Below, in pieces: positions 26,206-37,254 of a stretch of DNA of 64,000 nucleotides (positions within the stretch are counted from its first letter, which is position 1; every line of letters starts with the position of its first letter). Source of the DNA: Podarcis filfolensis (Eukaryota); assembly GCA_964270895.1 (NCBI GenBank), contig OZ185442.1. One strand, 5' to 3'. The position numbers and the translations under genes were made by a program. The notes under the pieces were generated by a model. The model worked only from the letters and a program-made list of their open reading frames with translations, searched no databases and was not told where the DNA came from.

Positions 26206-27053
26206 AGCAGGTATGAACTCTGTCAGATGCTTCTCAAGCAATCTGCACAGAATGAAATCTACATAAATTGCCAGGTAGCATAGAAGCAATGTGTTCCAGG
26301 ACACAGACTGAGAGACACACTCCAGCCCACAATAATAACCCTAAAGCAGTTTTCAACAGCATATACACCTTGAATGAATGAATGAATGAATATATATATA
26401 TACACACACAGCTTAAATGAAGTATGGCCACAATCCTAAATCATTGAGCACCTTTCCCTGCTTCTCTGCAGTCCACGCAATCCAAAACTACAGGTATATT
26501 GTTACCAAATCACAGTCTCCACGGTTGATTACAAGGTGAAGTGACTGTAGAATCCGATGAATATTAAGCAAATATTTTTAGAAGGAGACGTGGCACTCAC
26601 ATTTTATTTATCTTCACACCAGAGAGTTCCCAAATGGTAACAAGCTCGCATTCTGCCGTGATGGCTTCTTGGCACAGCTACCTATTACGGTAATGAACTT
26701 CATGTGTAATTTTTCAGCTTATGTTTGATGTTATTGCAGTGTGTGTACTTTGTGTCCTCCTAGTTTACCCTCTCTGTTCAGTAACTATTGAAAATGTACT
26801 TGCACCGGCTTGTCTGATGGAAAGTCAATCATGCTAATAGCAGAATAACTATTCTGCATATTGAGATTCACTGAAGCTTGCAGGCTAAGTACATCACTGA
26901 TTGACTCTTGTTACAATGGGCTATAAATGCAAGTTGCTAACCTGTTTTTAGTTCAAACTTATTTAAAAAGAAATCTTCTAGCTTGGGAGGGTTTGGGGGG
27001 GTAGTTATGAAGCACATTCTCTCACACAAATGCGTGAAGGAAATGCTTTATAG

Positions 27054-27303
27054 CATGGGTTGGCAAACTAAGGCCCGGGGGCCGGATCTGGCCCAATTGC
27101 CTTCTAAATCTGGCCCACGGACAGTCCAGGAATCAGCGTGTTTTTACATGAGTAGAATGTGTCATTTTATTTAAAATGCATCTCTGGGTTATTTGTGGGG
27201 CATAGAAATTTGTTCAGTTCCCCCAAAAAAACATAGTCTGGCCCCCCACAAGGTCTGAGGGTCAGTGGACCAGCCCCCTGCTGAAAAAGTTTGCTGACCC
27301 CTG
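27054..27303. mobile_element. hAT-Charlie non-autonomous element, 250 bp
   Basis: TIRs CATGGGTTGGCAAACT / AGTTTGCTGACCCCTG; perfect 8-bp TSD CTTTATAG at 27046-27053 and 27304-27311. Confidence 0.9.
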
Positions 27304-29904
27304 CTTTATAGCAAGTCCAACCACTGGACCCTCTATTCCAATATTATCTATTTAATAGGTGAAGGACCTCAGACCCAGGGGTCACATGCGGCCCTCCAGA
27401 CCTCTCGATCTGGCCCTCAGAACTCTCCCCAGGTTGCAGCCCATAAGAAACCGGAAAGGATCTGAAAATAAAACTGCTTGGGGAACTCAGAACTTTTCAC
27501 TTGGGAGAGAACTTCCCAAGTACCTCTATGCTCTGAAGCATGCATGCATACAGGAATGCCACTGCTTTAGGGAAGCATCAAAACATTTGGGATGTCAGCA
27601 GACATTACACCAATCTCCACCCTCCCTTCAGAGCTAGCTGCATGTCTAGTAGCAACCAACAGATCAAATATGGAGGAAAGTCTGCCATGCCTATGGAAGC
27701 AAAGGGTAAAGAACAGGAATGAATCTGCTGTTTTACACATCACAAGGTATAAAAATGAGCAAAATCTAGCACAGTTAGTACAAAAAGCACATTCCTACCA
27801 TTTGGTGGCCATCTTGCTAAGAAATCTAAAGCATCAGCATTTATAGTGGAGCAACCATCTACCAACTGCATAACATGCTTTCTTTCTATCCAGGGATAGA
27901 ATAGATTTGCTTCCCCTATTTCAATTCCTCACCTCATAAATCAGCTGGCCCACTTTCTGGTTCCCACTGAGATACACGGAGAGAAAGAAAACTTCTAATC
28001 ATGCATATATGCTTGCCCTACGTAACTGTGCAAAGAATTAATATATGCATAGAAACAGCTCTGCTATACGTGAAAAATGGTATTCATTAGAAGCATTCTT
28101 TCACAGACCCTTGCCTCCGCAATGCTGAAAGTCCCCCTAATTGCCATTAAAAAAAAAATCCAAAAGAGATGTTATTTTAAACACACATACACACAAAACC
28201 TGGCACATAACAGTAGCCATTAATGAAATGGAATAGCCAATCTCCTTGTCTAGCCAAGTGTTAGATTTGTCACGTTTGATTTAACCATCAAAGTAATTAT
28301 AGTAGGAAGCTAACAAATGATAAACCATTCAAACATGGCCTCTCTTTGGTGGGCACATGACCTCTTGCCCTGCCAAAGGATACCCTATAAAATTAAACTA
28401 CTGGCAGGACCATGAACGCCTTGACAGCATCATCTGTCTTCAAGATCAGAAACTGGTGGCCCTAGCCAATCACCACCTCTACCCCCAGTATCTCTCTCTC
28501 TCCAGCCCCCACCTCTCTCACACTTTTCCACACACACCTAAGGTAGCAAACCAAAGGCAAAAGGAAAGTGGGGAAAGTGACTATGGGTAACTATGGCAAC
28601 AAGCCTTGATAGGCTGGTCATCTCCTGCCATCCTTAAAGCAATCCTCTTATGAAACTAACTAATGTTGACTTAACAGATTTAATGGAACAAAAAAGAAAA
28701 GATTATGGCGGAGGGTACTTTACAACCTAGGCATCATAGAAAAGGCTATGTTTAAGGTGGCCACCTGCCTAACCTCTGAAGGCAGGGGCACCTGGAACAG
28801 GGCCTCACAACAAGCATGTGAGGTAGGCTTTGGCTGATAGAAGCCAACTGACCCAGGGCCACCCAGTATGCTTCATGGAAGAGTGGAAATTTGACCCTGT
28901 CTCTCCTGGCCCTAGTCTGATACTCCCAACCACTATACCACATTATCTTGGAATTGTGTCAAGGAAGAAAATGAAAAAGGCAGAGAAGACCTCTGTGTAC
29001 TAAAGTACTATGCCTAGAATGGAAAGTCCTCACGAACAACCTTGTTAAATTTCTATGTGATTGTCAATCAGGGTTGGGAGTTGGTTCCTTTATGACTTAC
29101 ACATCCTCTATGCCAAATATTGTAATTACTGCTTAGAAGTTTCTTACAACCAAGTGGTTTTTTAAAAATTTTGTTAAATAAATAAATCAAATTATATAAT
29201 TTAGAGAATTATATAAACTAATCTCTCCATTAGGCACTTCATTCTGTCCACAGTATTCGCCCCCTTCCTCAAAAATGGAATAAGGGATGCACACCAAACA
29301 ACTTCAGCTATCGTCATAAATCATCCAGAAAGTTCGCAAATTCTAATTGGCACACCAGTCTGTTTGGCACATGGAAGAGAAAGTTCATCCTTTGGAAGGA
29401 GAGAGAGAGAAATCTCACTCTGAAGCAACATAGCTTAGAGTTGGAGGGGGTGGAAATACTATGTGCCGATAGCCTTCTGTCAAATCAATTCTGACATACT
29501 GAAATTATTACAGAGATGGAGCCAGGCTAAAAGATTAATGCTCAAAGAAAGTTGACTTTTGGCAACGAAAAAAGTGTGATGAGTCCTTACACTAATGTAA
29601 GACTATTCTAAACAGTGCCTCCACTGACAGTTAGAGTTCAGAGGTAGAGACAATTGAAAACAGGAGCCTGCTTCCAATCTTGCACTGAAATGGAAACAAG
29701 AAGCCCCTGCAAGGGGGCAGGGTGGGGTGGCGGAGAGAAACAAGGCAAAGAAACTAATAGAAACCAAAACTACTGAAAGATGAATAAGTACCTATAGCCG
29801 CCACCACAGTATTATTACCAAGTAATTTATGTATGCCTTAATCCAGCCAGGGCCAGCATCAGTACCTGACATCCCCAGAGCCCTGCCACTGAACATCAGA
29901 ACAT

Positions 29905-30215
29905 AAGCAGAACCTGCTGGATCAGGCCAATGGCCCATCTAGTCCTGAATTTCATTCTCCCGGGGGCCAACCAAGATGCTTGCGAGAAACTCGCAAGCAG
30001 GATTTTAGCAAAAGAGCACTCTCCCCTCCTGTGGTTTCCAGCGAGTGTGAAGGCAGAGCATAGCCATCATGGCTAGTAGCCATCAACAGCCCTCTCCTCC
30101 ATGAATTTGTCTAGTCCTCATTTAAAGCCGTCTAGGTTGGTAGCCATCACTATCTCCTGGGGGAGCAAGTTCCATAGTTTTAGCTATGTGCTGCATTGAA
30201 GATCTTCTTTTATCT
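29905..30215 (-). mobile_element. CR1 3' end
   Basis: agaacataagcagaacctgctggatcaggccaatggcccatctagtcc...gagcatagccatcatggctagtagcc; a second copy at 31735-31970. Confidence 0.8.
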
Positions 30216-31035
30216 TTTATTTCCCCACACACCCTTTTTTTGACCAAGCACTCCAAGAAGTCCTTGGTAGCTAGATATCTAGTCACTCCTTTAATTCAGG
30301 TACGCTGGCTGGGGCTGATGGGAGTTGTAGTCCAAAATATCTGGAGGGCCCAACTTGGGAAAAACTGGACTAGATGGATAAATAGTCTACATTCTTAATC
30401 CCTGGCTTTTCAGATCCCTGTAAACACTTAGTTGTAGTCCAAACTGTTATTTAATGCACAATATTTATTACACAGCACAGAGAACAGCGAAAGGAGAAAG
30501 ATATCCTCAAAGACAAAACGACCATTAAATGATTTAAAATAGAATCTATCTCTTAAAAAAGAGGCTTAAAACATTCCTAAAGATAGCACTGATACCATAA
30601 AAAAAATGATGTTCTGTAAATTCTTTGCGCATTTTAAAAGCCCCCTAATTGTCAGAGTGCAGTTTTGCAAAGTTGTCCTTGATGACCACTCTAAAGATCT
30701 TACATTAGCACCAAGGCCAGGTGCTAAGTGCTCAGGCTTGGGCCCACACCATCGGCTAAAGAGAAGATCAATAAGTAGCCAGAGCATTAAATTTCCACAT
30801 ACTGTAGCTGTCATGCCCATTACATCGAATTTGAACATCTTCACAGGCGGTTACAAAATGGCTACCTCTTGACATTTTTCACTATGAAGCAAAATGTGAA
30901 ATCTCCCCAGTTTACGCTTCCACCGTGAGGTTAGATTGAGAGATGTCACAAATCTAGATCTGTGCAGATAACTTCACAGTTTGACAAAAAGAGTAAGGCG
31001 GACCATTTATTATTTATTCCTCTATGTTTTCCTCT

Positions 31036-31095
31036 CTTCTTCTTCTTCTTCTTCTTCTTCTTCTTCTTCTTCTTCTTCTTCTTCTTCTTCTTCTT
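31036..31095. repeat. (CTT)20 microsatellite; reads (GAA)n on the FTO sense strand
   Basis: Direct reading. Confidence 0.97.
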
Positions 31096-33174
31096 TTTGT
31101 CTTCTCAAGGAGACTCCAGTGTCTATTTACTTTCCGCGTGTGGGGCACAGAAAGGCCTCATTCAGGTACAGGAAGCCATTATGAAAATGAGCAACTGTGG
31201 GCCTTGAGGACTGAGCTATCCTCCATCCCCCAGTGACATCCAAACTTGGACAACTGTCATTTATGTGAGCGGAAAGTGAAAGCTTTCTATCTTCTCTCCT
31301 CATGATTTGTAGAACAAACAGGATTAAGTCACCAAAAAGACCTGCCAGCAATTTTCATGTGGTCCACGAAAAAAGGGTTGAGTTTGAGAACCATTCATTA
31401 AAAGCTTGTTTTGTCCCATATAAAGCCACATAAGTTTTAAGATTCTCCCTGGAGAGCTTAAGTGGGGGTACTCCTTTGGGTACCCCCACTGTTTCATGAA
31501 TGGGGAGAGTTACCCACCATACAGCTTTCTCAGTAATGGCACCAACACTTTGGAAATCCACCCAGGCAGGTTTCATTGCCTCTCTCCATTACGTTTTCAA
31601 AACCCAGTGAAATCTGTGGGGTTCTAGAGAGCAACTGAGAGCCACTAAGCATGCACTTCCATGACTGCTTTTCCATGGAATTCTGTTTGCTTCTGTTTTT
31701 TTGTTTACTACTATTTAAATTGATTAACTGGCTAAGAACATAAGAAGAGCCTGCTGAATCGGGCCAATGGCTCATCTAGTCCAGCATTCTGTTCTCACCA
31801 TGGAAAATCAGATGCATGTGGGAAACAAACCACCATGACCCAAGCACAAGAGCACTCTCCACTCCTGGAATTCCCAGCAACTGGTATTCAGAAGCATTAC
31901 TGCCTCTGACCATGGAGGCAGAGCATAGCCATCATGGCTAGCAGTCACTGATAGCCTTATCCTCCATGTTATTAAAAGATTTTTTTGGTGCTCTAGGTTT
32001 TAATTGTTTTAATATATATATGTACTCAGTTTTTTTTAACCTTGCAGAATTCTCCTGCGCAAAACAGATGGGTTACGATTATTTTAATAAAGAAAATACA
32101 TTTTTCAACTCAAGCACTGTATTTGTACCAGGGAGGTTTTAATGAACACTGCACAGTCACATAAAGAGCAGTTTTAAATGCTTGGCATCTACTTTCTGTT
32201 GCAAAAGCAAATTTTGGGGGAGGATTTCCCCCTTCGTTGTTCCTACAAGTTCCTTCAGTCAAATATTCCAAAAAGAGTAAGAGCAGAATGCTACAGAAGG
32301 CAAGAAGACAATGGGCCATTGATCTATTATGCAATCGTTAGAGAGCCGCAAAGCATGTGCTACAGAGGCCAAACGGAGACACATTCCACAAAACAAAGAA
32401 ATCACTCTTCTTCATCAACAGTAACTTGCTTGAAGAATACCTTTGTTGTCACAAAACAACTTAGACTTTATTGCTTTCTTTGGCCCATTGATCCCAGTAA
32501 TGGATTAAGGGGACGGAAAACGAAGATATCATCTTGAAAAATAAAAATACTTTCATTTTCAGACATTTTGTTTCATTTTTGAGAGCAGATCTTATCTATT
32601 TGATTCATAGACTGTCCTATCACAAGGGCTCAGGGTAGATAAATTGAGCACAAAACTCCTCATTGCACTGATTAAACCCAAAATGATGTGCATCAAGATT
32701 CCACTGGAATCTTGTAGAAGGTGGAACCAGTTGCAGAATTCACATTGCTGAAAACCTCAGTTTTACTGTTTTAAAAGCTTTCTAGTCCTTATGGCTAAGG
32801 AATGCTTGAAAGTACATGGACAATATCTGTGGTGGCTGGATAATGATTCCAACCATTTCTAATTTCCTCATGACCTGTACCCAAAAAAGCTATGCAAGTT
32901 TACTTGGTTTGCATGCTATGTGAAGATCAATTGTTATCTTCTTAGCAATAATAATAATAGTGTATACAATTAATTTGGCACAGAGATTAAGTTCCATCTT
33001 GCCCGACCCCTGTCCACCAAAAGCTTGAATTAGAAGGTCACAACTTTCATTTGAGATGTTTAGGGGCCTACAAACCCTGTACAAAACAACTAATTATTTT
33101 CAATGACCATCACTCCAATCCCAGCTCCCAACTTCTGCTGTTGCACCCAGAGCCCATAGGCCAAACATAGTGCC

Positions 33175-33530
33175 CAGACCATCCAAGTGTCCCGATTTTC
33201 CAGGGACAGACCTGTAATTCTGAAAGCCATCCTGGCTTCTGATTGATCCCAGAATATGAGCCAGCATTTGTCCCAAGCAATGGCAGCAGCTGTGAAGGAG
33301 CATCCCGTTACCTCTCCATGGCCACTGCTGCCAGCCTCCTCCCTGCGGCAGCTCATAGTGGCTGCTGGAAAACGGGTGAGGAGGAGGAGCAGAGGCTGCC
33401 GCTGCCAAGGCCCCGCTCCACGTGATGTGCCAGCTTTGAGGGCAGGTAGAGGGCAGGGCAGCCTGGGTGGGAAGAAAGTGGGAGTGGAGCGCAATGTGTC
33501 CTGATTTTAAAAAAATAAAAATGCTTTGTG
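33175..33530. mobile_element. Probable non-autonomous DNA element with GC-rich interior
   Basis: Subterminal gtgtcccgattttccagggacag and gtgtcctgatttt motifs typical of hAT-Tip100-like MITEs; ends not resolved. Confidence 0.4.
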
Positions 33531-33605
33531 CATCTGCATCTAATCTTGCCCCTTTCGGAAATTTATTTATTGGTGTGTGTTTTTCTTTTTGTAAATCTAC
33601 CAATG

Positions 33606-33658
33606 AATAAAATAAAATAAAATAAAATAAAATAAAATAAAATAAAATAAAATAAAAT
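33606..33658. repeat. (AAAAT)n microsatellite
   Basis: Direct reading. Confidence 0.96.
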
Positions 33659-34338
33659 CAGGATTAATGGTTTTTCTCAGGGCGGCGGAGGGCGTGTGTG
33701 CTGCCGTGTAATTATGGTGGCACTCACCCTTCTTCTGATAGGAAATGCTCTGCAGGGGGGTTGGGGGCACAAAAATGGGAGAGTCAAGGAGGGTGAGTTG
33801 GGCAGGGGAGAGAGAAATGTCCCTATTTTCATTGGAGTAATCATGGCGGGTATGCGAGCCCAATTTTTCATTCAGAAGAACGAATGAAATGAATTGTGGG
33901 TGGGGCAGGGGGAGTGTGAAAATGCAAACTATGTGTTTGGTGTTCTCAACAGACAAGTCTCTTGCTCCACATTTCCCCCCTCCCCTCACTGATTTTATTT
34001 ATTTATTACTTTATTAATAAATATATTAAATAGGAAAAAGTCTCAAAGCAACTTGACTTGATTTATTGCAGGTTGATGTGTTCAGTGGCCAAAGTAAACC
34101 TACCTTGCCAGGTTGTTGGGAAGATAAAAGGGGGAAGAGGAACCATGTATGCCCCCTTGAGCTCATTAGAGGGAAGATGGGTCATAAATGCAATAATAAC
34201 TAAGTCATAAAGAGGGACTAGAGTGTAATGGTTAGAGGGTTGGACTAAGGCTGGGGGGACCTAGGTTCAAATCAGCCCTTGGGCATGAACCTCAAAGAAT
34301 GGCCTTAAGCCTGTTAGCATCAGAACCAGAACAGAAAG

Positions 34339-34468
34339 GATGAGCCATCAGTGACCCTCCAGATGTTGCTGGACTACAACTCCCATCAGCCTTGATCATT
34401 GGTCATGCTGGGTGGGTGGGTATAATGGGAGTCCAACATCTGAAGAGTCATCGGTTCCCCATCCCTGC
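34339..34468. mobile_element. Palindromic hAT MITE
   Basis: ccctccagatgttgctggactacaactcccatcagcc...ggttccccatccctg. Confidence 0.8.
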
Positions 34469-35034
34469 AGTATAGTAATCACTAGAGCATTTAATACTAC
34501 ATCAGATTTCATTCTGGGGATTAAATCGGGTATAAAATTAAGATGACCAAAAAACCCCACCCAGTATCCAAAGATATGTTGACAAAAGTAATAGATGATG
34601 TTGCTTCAACAATCATTTTCCAAAATGCTTGAGCTCTCAAAATGCCTGAGCAATAAGAAGGATTGGAATGGGGGGGGGGCGGGGATCTAAGGAGAAAGGT
34701 CCATTCTGAGCACAGGGTAGGGTGTCCATCCCTTTTCTAGGACACTTAAAATATCCCAGAAAGGAACAAAATAAACACATCCGTTTCACGTCAATGGCTT
34801 TGGGGAAGAGGAAGAAACATTAACCACTGCAGTTTTAATTCTATACTTCAAGTTAAGAAGCGGTGAATCTTAAACAACTCTTGAACTCTGAAGGTGGACC
34901 CAAGGTGGACATGCCCTGATGCAACAGCAAGACCCAAAGTGCTACCGTTCTTTGCACAGCTGGCAAATATTATTTCAGAAGCCAAACTTAAAACTCCAGA
35001 AGGCATCCAACATCAACTGGAGGAAATCAATGTT

Positions 35035-35225
35035 TAACTTTAACTCAGAAGTACAGCCCTTGCTTTGCAGGCAAAAGGTCCCACTTTCAATCCCAAGGTT
35101 CATTTCCAGGTAGGGCCACGAGAGAGCCCTGTCTAAAACCACTGACAGCTGCTGCCGGTCAGTGTCTACACAGAACAGTGAGCTATACTGAACAAGTCTG
35201 ACTCAGCATAAGGCAGCTTCCTGGA
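35035..35225 (+). mobile_element. tRNA-derived SINE with CR1-like tail (Squam2-like; family name tentative)
   Basis: gctttgcaggcaaaaggtcc...tttccaggtagggc...gctgccggtcagtgt...tctgactcagcataaggcagcttcct. Other copies near 2520-2690(-), 6166-6338(+), 8312-8420(+), 12560-12660(-), 18540-18632(-) and 19279-19330/19680-19815(-). Confidence 0.75.
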
Positions 35226-36622
35226 TTTCAAACTCACCCATTCCCTGAAGGCATGGGTGTCGCACCCCCAGCTTGGGCAACTGATGCTGCCGCCCAAGCA
35301 ATTTTTTCTGCCCTCACAAGTCGTCCCAATTTTATCAGTGGTCACAACGAATAATTGAGGTAGACGCTATGACATTTAAATCTGTAGGCCAGGCCATGCC
35401 CAGCACCCTTATAATCAGTGAGAAGGCAATTTGCATCCCTATTGATTGAGGAGGGGAGTTCTCATTCCTTCCCCACTCATCCTCTTCTGCTCAGATCAGC
35501 TCAGGAGGGGGAGGCTATGTGTTTGTGTCGTACATGTGTATTTGTCCAGTATGTGTGTGGTTTGTGGTGCGTGTTTGTGTGAGAGAGAGGGGAAGAAAAT
35601 ACATGTGAGATTGTGGAGCTGCCACACCCACAATTGGTATTCTACTTCCACACACAAACACGGTCAGCCATGGGCAAATGCAGCCCTGGGACCACGGCTG
35701 CCTTATGAATGCAAAGGCAATGACATTTTTAAGCAGAGGCTGAATGGCCTCCTAACAAGGACGCTGCAGTAGTGTGTTTCCTACAATGTCAGCAGGGTTG
35801 GACTTGATAACTTTTGAGGTCCCTTTCTGCTCAAGAATCCTATGGTTGAAAGGAATTAAAATGCAGGCAGCTCTGAATCCAATTAACTCTATATCTTCTA
35901 AAACGCCAAGTAAAGGAAGACGGCTTGTAGTGGTGTTTGGTTTTTCCTGTTGCTAAAAAACATCATCAACAGTGCAACACGTGTGAAACTGTTCCTGAAT
36001 AACCTAAAGGTGAGGTGGGGTCTGTGCGTGTAATCTACAGTATACCACAACAGCCTTCTTTCATGTTGGAATTCCCAGTGGCATCCATTCTCTTTTTCTC
36101 CCATAGCTATTCATTTATTTTCTGCCTTTCCCACCCAAAGTTGAACAATTAACAGCATCGTGTTTGCAAACCTTTCCCAGCCTATTGCTCAAAAAGCTAA
36201 AAAAAAATAAAAATGTTTGCATTAGACGTCGTGAAGATCCAGGAAGAGGTTAATGTACACCCGCTCAAAAACAATTGTGCGGAAAATAGCGGTGTCGTAC
36301 AGGGCTGAGGTTTTGACCCGCTTAACTTTATTCACAGAATGCGCAATCCGTCACGTACAAAAACACAGAGGAAAAATGTGAGGCGTTGGTAAGTGCCCCT
36401 GTTAGTGAGAAATTCTGCTAATTATTACACCAAATAAGCATAGTTAACAGGCCAGAGCTGTGAGAGGGCCATGTTTCAGGGCATTAAATGGCTGCCTTGG
36501 ATGGAGATGAATATATTACACTATGCCCTTTAACAATAAAACAATTTCCTTGACACCTAGAAACCAAAGCAGCTGAAGCAGCGGCAAGGAAAGGCTCAAG
36601 ACTCTGCTGAGTTCAGCGAAGT

Positions 36623-36641
36623 TGCAGTGCCACCTAGCGAC
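36623..36641. promoter_or_regulatory. Candidate CTCF site
   Basis: TGCAGTGCCACCTAGCGAC closely resembles the GCGCCMYCTAGYGG core; lies in non-repetitive, CpG-retaining sequence. Confidence 0.6.
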
Positions 36642-37118
36642 GTGCACATAAATTTCATCTTCTCAGCCCAAGGAAGTTGCATGGCTAATTTTGTCGGTGT
36701 GGAACCAAGAAGCATCCCCACCCACCATTACAGAGGCAACCATAGGCAAAGGCAGGGTACAATGTGACATTTGCCTTTCCCCACCCCTCCGAGACTAGAC
36801 AACGTAACGGGGGTATTTATGGGAACAAGCTAACCTTGAACTTACCTTTGCCACGTTGAGGTGTGCAACATGAGAATAAGAAAACGCAGACACACAATTA
36901 CGGTTCTGCAACGCTGTGCCTCATAATGTTGTGCTACAGTTCTCTGTTACATCTGAACTCTTGGAATTGTGGTTTGTTTTAACCAAAGTAAACAACTCTC
37001 CCCCCCCCAAAAAAAGAATAAAACAAAACCCAAGGATTTGGCGGGTGTAAGAGAGAAAAACAGAAAATTAACAGATCAGTGCTTTGTTCCCAGGATCTCT
37101 TAAGTACATTTCCTAGGG

Positions 37119-37254
37119 CAGGTATCCCCAAACTCAGCCCTCCATATGTTTTGGGACTACAATTCCCATCATCCCTGACCACTGGTCTTGTTAGCTAGGG
37201 ATGATGGGAGTTGTAGTCCCAAAACATCTGGAGGGCTGAGTTTGGGGATACCTG
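37119..37254. mobile_element. 136-bp palindromic hAT MITE, near-pristine copy
   Basis: 58-bp inverted arms with 2 mismatches; perfect 8-bp TSD TCCTAGGG at 37111-37118 and 37255-37262. Confidence 0.93.

Noticed and set aside
33090-33603. Overlapping 134-aa and 167-aa ORFs
   Set aside because: GC-rich TE interior with few stop codons; no protein resemblance.
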